A stretch of 64,000 nt of DNA, from NCBI GenBank assembly GCA_963785165.1, contig CAWAUI010000003.1, positions 53,302 through 117,301 on the forward strand. Reading direction: 5' to 3'. The notes beneath the pieces are model-generated. The model did not search any database. It was given only the letters and a program-made list of their open reading frames with translations, and was not told where the DNA came from. Shown piece after piece: positions 58,945 to 64,000 of the stretch (positions are counted from its first letter, which is position 1; each line of letters opens with the position of its first letter). The translations under genes and the position numbers were made by a program. The DNA is from Thermoanaerobaculaceae bacterium (GTDB taxonomy: Bacteria > Acidobacteriota > Thermoanaerobaculia > Multivoradales > UBA5704).

Positions 58945-59919
58945 TTACCGCGCGTCGATCCACTCCTTCACGCGCGCGGGCGATGGCGGGAAAGGCTGCC
59001 GCCTCGGCCCGTCGCCGGCGGCCGGGGGCGTGCCCGCGTCCGACGCCGCGCGGATCGCCGATGGCGAGCGGGATGCGGCCGAGGAACGGCATGCCCATCG
59101 CCGTCGCCGCCGCCTCGGCGCCGCCGATGCCGAACGGATCGCTGATCTCGCCGCAATGCGGGCAGGCATAGCCCGCCATGTTCTCGACCAGGCCGATCAT
59201 CGGCACGCCGGCCTGCTCGAACAGGTCGATCGCGCGGCGTCGCGTCGATCAGCGCCAGATCCTGCGGCGTCGAGACGATCACCGCGCCGGCGGGCTTGAG
59301 CTTCTGGATCATCGTCAGCTGGACGTCGCCGGTGCCGGGCGGCAGGTCGACGATCAGCATCTCGGCATCGCCCCAGTCGGCGTCGATCAGCTGGCCCAGC
59401 GCATTGCCGGCCATCGGCCCGCGCCAGGCGATCGCCTTGCCCGGCTCGACCAGATGGCCCATCGACAGCATCGGCACGCCGTAGCGCGCTGGGCACCGGG
59501 ATCAGCTTCTTGTCCTCGCGCTGCGGGCTTGTGCCCTCGCTGGCCAGCAGGCGCGGCTGCGACGGGCCGTAGATGTCGGCATCGACCAGGCCGACCTGCC
59601 GCCCGAGCCGCGCCAGCGCGACCGCGAGATTGGCCGACAGCGTCGATTTGCCGACGCCGCCCTTGCCGCTGCCGACCGCGATCAGCGCGAGCTCCTGCTT
59701 CTCGGCGGTCAACGGCGACGCGCACCTCGCTGCACGCCCGGCACTCGTCAGCGCCTCGGCCTCGACCCGATCGCGCAGCGGCGGCCGTTCGCGCCGCGGC
59801 CGAGCCCGGTCACGTCGAGCACCATGCTGAGCCACGCCCTCGCGCAATCGCACGCGCGCTGACGCGGCCGGAAGAACAGGCTACTGCGGCGCGTCGGCAA
59901 GCGTGTCACTGTCTGTCAT
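58945..59919 (-). CDS. mrp: Mrp/ApbC-family Fe-S cluster carrier ATPase; many frameshifts
   Basis: [41 protein letters not shown]...[17 protein letters not shown]...[16 protein letters not shown]...[14 protein letters not shown]...[22 protein letters not shown]. Confidence 0.85.
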
Positions 59920-60061
59920 GGGCGGCCGCCAGATAGGCGAATAACGTGGCACATGGCACTGTTTTTCCCCGACCAGCGTTCCTATAAAGTGGCATGAACG
60001 CAAAATGACGCCGACCGCGTTTCGCCGCCTCCTGTCCATCCTCTCCGCACCGGTCCTGACA

Positions 60062-61176
60062 ATGGCCAAGGCCCGTGGGGCAGGGAACCCGATGACGACG
60101 GCGGTGAAAAGCCGCAGCGATGGCACGTCCGGCGGGCCGCGCAACCCCTGGCGCAGCCGCCACGCGGCGGCGGGCAGCAGCCCGGCGGACAGGGGCCGCG
60201 CGGCCGACGCGCTCGACGACCTGCTTCGCGCGGCCGCGAGCGGCTTTGGCGGCGGCGGCGGTGGCGGCGGCCGGGCGGCGGCCTTCCCGGGCGCGCAGGC
60301 GCGCGCGCTCTGGCCGATCGGGCTGCCATCGTCGCGATCCTGTGGCTGCTGTTCACCTGCTTCCACCGGATCGGCCCGCAGGAGCGCGGCGTCGTCACCT
60401 CACCTCGGCAAATATAGCCGCACGCTCGAGCCGGGCATCGGCCTCACCCTGCCCTCGCCGATCGAGCGCGTGCGAGATGGTCGACGTGCGAGAATATCCG
60501 CACCATCGACATCGGCCCGACAGCGGCGGCGCGGAGAATCTGATGCTGACCGGCGACCAGAACATCATCGATCTCGCCTATTCGGTGCGCTGGAACATCC
60601 GCGATCCGCGAGCTCTACCTGTTCCAGCTCGCCGAGCCCGAAGACACGATCCGCGAGGTCGCCGAAAGCGCGATGCGCGCGGTCGTCGCCGACGCGTATC
60701 GCTCGACCGATGCGATCGGCGCCGGCCGCGGCCGAGATCGAGCAGCAGGTCGCAGCAGCGGATGCAGGAGATCCTCGACGCCTATCGGTCGCGGCGTGCG
60801 GATCCAGGGCGTCGCGATCAAGCAGGCCGATCCGCCCGCGGCGGTCGAACGACGCCTTCAAGGACGTGACCGCCGCGCAGCAGGAGGCGCAGTCGCGACA
60901 TCAACCAGGCGCGCGCCTATGCGCAGCAGCTCACCGCGCGCGCGCAGGGCGAGGCCGCCGCGTTCGACAAGGTCTACGAGCAGTACCGGCTCGCGCCCGA
61001 GGTGACCCGGCGGCGCATGTATTACGAGACGATGGAGGCGGTGCTGCCGAGACGTCGACAAGACGATCGTCGAGGCGCCGGGCGTGACGCCCTATCTGCC
61101 GCTGCCGGAAGTGCAGCGCCGGACGCGCGCGGCCGCGGCCGCCGCCGGCGCACGCCAGCGAGGGAGCCGCCGATGA
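60062..61176 (+). CDS. hflK: HflK (SPFH/band-7) membrane protease modulator; many frameshifts
   Basis: GGPRNPW...; poly-Gly; LGKYSRTLEPGIGLTLPSPIERV; ENLMLTGDQNIIDLAYSVRWNIRDP; IREVAESAMRAVV; IKQADPPAAV.DAFKDVTAAQQEAQS; EAAAFDKVYEQYRLAPEVTRRRMYYETMEAVL. Confidence 0.8.
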
Positions 61177-62045
61177 TGCCGAGCCGTCTGTCCGCAACCC
61201 GATCGGCGCTCGGCGCTCGCTCGCGCTGGCGCTCGTCATCCTGCTCGGCAGCACCTTCGCGATCGTGCCGGAAACCAAGCAGGCGGTGATCGTCCGCTTC
61301 GGCGAGCCGAGTCCGGATCGATCAACCGCTATCACGCCGAACGAGACGTTCGGCCAGCACCGGCGCCGGCCTCGTCGCGCGCATCCCGTTCGTCGAGCAG
61401 ATCGTCTGGATCGACAAGCGCGTGCGTCGATCGACATGGAGCGCCAGCAGGTGCTGTCGACCGACCAGCTGCGGCTGGAGGTCGATGCCTTTGCGCGCTA
61501 CCGCATCGTCGATCCGCTGCGCATGTACATCGCCGGCCGGCACCGAGGAACGCGTGACCGACGCAGCTGCGCCCGATCCTCGGCTCGGCGCTGCGCAACG
61601 AGCTCGGCAAGCGGCCGTTCGCGGCGCTGCTCAGCCCCGAGCGCGGCCAGGTGATGGACAATATCCAGACCGGCGCTCAACCGCGTCGCGCGCCAATATG
61701 GCGCGCGAGATCATCGACGTGCGGATCAAGCGCGCCGACCTGCCCGACGGCACGCCGCTGCGAAAGCGCGCTTCAAGCGGATGCGCACCGCGCGCCAGCA
61801 GGAGGCGCGCACGATCCGCGCCGCAGGGCCAGAAGCAGGCGCAGATCATCCGCGCCGAGGCCGATGCCGAGGCCGCGCAGATCTATGCCGCGAGCTTCGG
61901 CAAGGATCCGGAATTCTACGATTTCTACCGCGCGATGCAGTCCTATCGGCACACCTTCGGCGCCGATGGCGAGCGGACCGGACGGACGACGTCGATCATC
62001 CTGTCGCCGGACAACGACTATCTGCGCGAGTTCCGGGGGCGCTAG
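61173..62045 (+). CDS. hflC: HflC (SPFH/band-7); frameshifted
   Basis: FAIVPETKQAVIVRFGEP...; IDMERQQVLSTDQLRLEVDAFARYRIVDPLRMY; LRNELGKRPFAALLSPERGQVMDNI; IIDVRIKRADLPDG; QAQIIRAEADAEAAQIYAASFGKDPEFYDFYRAMQSY...LSPDNDYLREFRG. Confidence 0.85.
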
Positions 62046-62151
62046 GCGCTGAGCGCCGACGTGCGATCGATTCAATCAGCCGTTCAGTGCGGTCAAGCTG
62101 CCATGCAGGCCGGATCGTGCGATGAGACGCTCGCCTGATCGGATCGATGAC

Positions 62152-63752
62152 ATGAGAGGAACAGCATCAGTGCGTTACGCCTACGGCATCACCGCCGCCC
62201 TGCTGCTCGGCGGCACCGCCGTCGTCGCTCGCGCTCGAACCAGCCGCGTCGGCGCCCAGGTCGCGCAGAACGAACCCGGCGCGATCGCAGGCCGCCGCGC
62301 CGCGCGCGGCGCGCCGGCGAGCTTCGCCGACCTGGCCGCGCGGCTGCAGCCGGCGGTGGTCAACATCTCGACCACGCCAGCGCGTCCAGGTGCAGCAGGC
62401 AACCCGTTCGCCGGGCACGCCGCTTCGGCGATCTGTTCGGCGGCAGGGCGGCGGCGGCAGCGCCGCGGTCACGCGCGCAGGCGCAGTCGCTCGGCTCGGG
62501 CTTCATCATCTCGGCCGACGGCTATGTCGTCACCAACAACCACGTCATCTCGCGCCGGCGCGCAGCGGCGCGACGGTCGAGTCGATCACCGTCACCCTGC
62601 CCGACCGCACCGAATATGCCGCCAAGCTGGTCGGCCGCGACGCCGCCGTCCGACCTCGCGCGTGCTGAAGATCGACGCGACCAAGCCCTGCCCTTCGTCA
62701 AGTTCGGCGATTCGCACCCGCGCGCGCGTCGGCGACTGGGTGGTCGCGATCGGCAATCCGTTCGGCCTCGGCGGCACGGTGACCGCGGGCATCATCTCGG
62801 CGCTGCACCGCAACACCGGCAGGCCGGCGCCTATGACCGCTACATCCAGACCGACGCCTCGATCAACCAGGGCAATTCGGGCGGCCCGATGTTCGACCTG
62901 AACGGCAATGTCATCGGCATCAACACCGCGATCTCTCGCCGACCGGCGGCAATGTCGGCATCGGCTTCGCCATTCCCGGCCGAGCAGGCGATGCCGGTCG
63001 ATCGAGACGCTGCGCAAGCGGCGAGCGCGGTCGAGCGCGGCTATCTCGGCGTCGCGCATCCAGCCGCTCGACGAGGACATCGCCGACTGCGCTCGGCCTG
63101 CCGAAGAACCGCGGCGAGCTCGATCCGCGGCGTCGAGCCCGGGCGGGCGCGCCGACACGCGCCGGCATCAAGCCGGGCGACGTCATCGTGCAAGGTCAAC
63201 GGCCAGGACGTGACGCCCGACCAGACGCTGTCCTATCATCGTCGCCAACCAGCCGGTCGGCACGCGCGTCCCGATCGAGCTGATCCGCGACGGCAAGCGC
63301 CATGACGCGTGACCGCGGTCGTCGGCGCAGCGGCCGACCGAGGAAGAGCTGGCGCGGCAACAGCTCGGCAGCGGCGACGACGCAGGGCTTCGGCAGCCGA
63401 CGACGGCGACGACCGATGACAGCAGCGCCGGCGCGGCACGCAGCGCGCTCGGCCTCTCGCGTGCAGCCGCTGACCGCCGGCGATCGCCCGCCAGCTCGGC
63501 GTCGACGCCGACGACGCGCGGCGTGGTCGATCACCGCGGTCGATCCGTCGAGCGATGCCGGCAGCAAGGGCCTGCAGCGCGGCGACATCATCCTGTCGGT
63601 CAACAGCACGCCGGTGACGCACCGCAGCGGAGCTGCGCGCGGCGGTCGCGGCCGGCGCAAGGCTGCCGGCCGCGCCACCGTGCTGCTGCAGGTCAAGCGC
63701 GCGGCACAGGCCGGCGCAGCCTTCGTGCCGGTCGCGTCTGCGCGACCAGTAA
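62152..63752 (+). CDS. degP: DegP/HtrA-family periplasmic serine endoprotease with two PDZ domains; many frameshifts
   Basis: [18 protein letters not shown]; [18 protein letters not shown]; [17 protein letters not shown]; [26 protein letters not shown]; [30 protein letters not shown]; PDZ text [15 protein letters not shown] and [16 protein letters not shown]. Confidence 0.85.
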
Positions 63753-63853
63753 CCGCGCAGTGTCCGCCAGCGCCGTCTTTGACCCTGTCGTCGGCCTTTC
63801 CACGGCGGCGGCAGGGGTAGGTATCGCGTCGAGCGAGCGAAGACGGGAGCGGC

Positions 63854-64000
63854 ATGATGGCGAGACGGCATCTTCATCGGCGCGAGCGGCGGCGGCGAAC
63901 CGCAGACGCTCGAACCTGCAGACGCGCCAACCGCCACGGGCTGATCGCCGGCGCGACCGGCACCGGCAAGACCGTGACGCTGCAGGGCATCGCCGAGGGT
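63854..64000 (+). CDS. DUF853/HerA-like P-loop ATPase (YjgR family), 5' end only, frameshifted
   Basis: IFIGAS...L.PADA..NRHGLIAGATGTGKTVTLQGIAEG (Walker A) running to the window edge. Confidence 0.6.
   Translation, partial: MMARRHLHRRERRRRTADARTCRRANRHGLIAGATGTGKTVTLQGIAEG

Noticed and set aside
60240-60262. GGC-rich trinucleotide run.
   Set aside because: It encodes the poly-glycine stretch commonly present in the N-terminal region of HflK proteins. Not an independent feature.

Overview
High-GC 64-kb window that reads as two unrelated pieces joined at about 51.82 kb.

Part 1 (1-51.8 kb) looks like an Acidobacteriota-type chromosome segment. This is an inference from a TIGR03436-type VWFA protein, several ECF sigma factors, TonB-dependent receptors, and a family of 'CCTCACCCC...GGGGTGAGG' palindromic intergenic elements. 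It carries:
- housekeeping genes: long GreA-like factor, rodZ, fmt, rsmB, HU, moaC, and a fadD plus fadB/J-type pair
- two TonB-dependent uptake loci
- a metal ABC importer with no ATPase gene
- a secreted nonaheme cytochrome c
- a small-secreted-peptide / TPR / ECF-sigma module containing an odd 42-bp tandem array
- a four-gene, translationally coupled RNA-repair cassette (Hen1, NTase, NTase, Pnkp), followed by a 380-bp nested-palindrome MITE-like element and two tandem TM-ankyrin paralogues

Part 2 (51.8-64 kb) has Sphingomonadales-like alphaproteobacterial gene order: internal NAD-GDH fragment, RHH, phbB, hemH, iorB-like, CoA-binding, mrp, hflK, hflC, degP, DUF853. Every gene there is broken by indels roughly every 100-200 bp.

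Frameshifts also occur in discrete blocks of part 1, while several 1.3-2.2-kb genes are perfectly intact. Many coordinates below are therefore reconstructed full-length spans rather than single ORFs.

I recognised no rRNA, tRNA, CRISPR array, transposase, integrase or known defence system. The best candidates for something new are the expanded Hen1-NTase-NTase-Pnkp cassette with its neighbours, and the peptide/TPR/repeat-array/ECF module. Both are inferences from sequence only.
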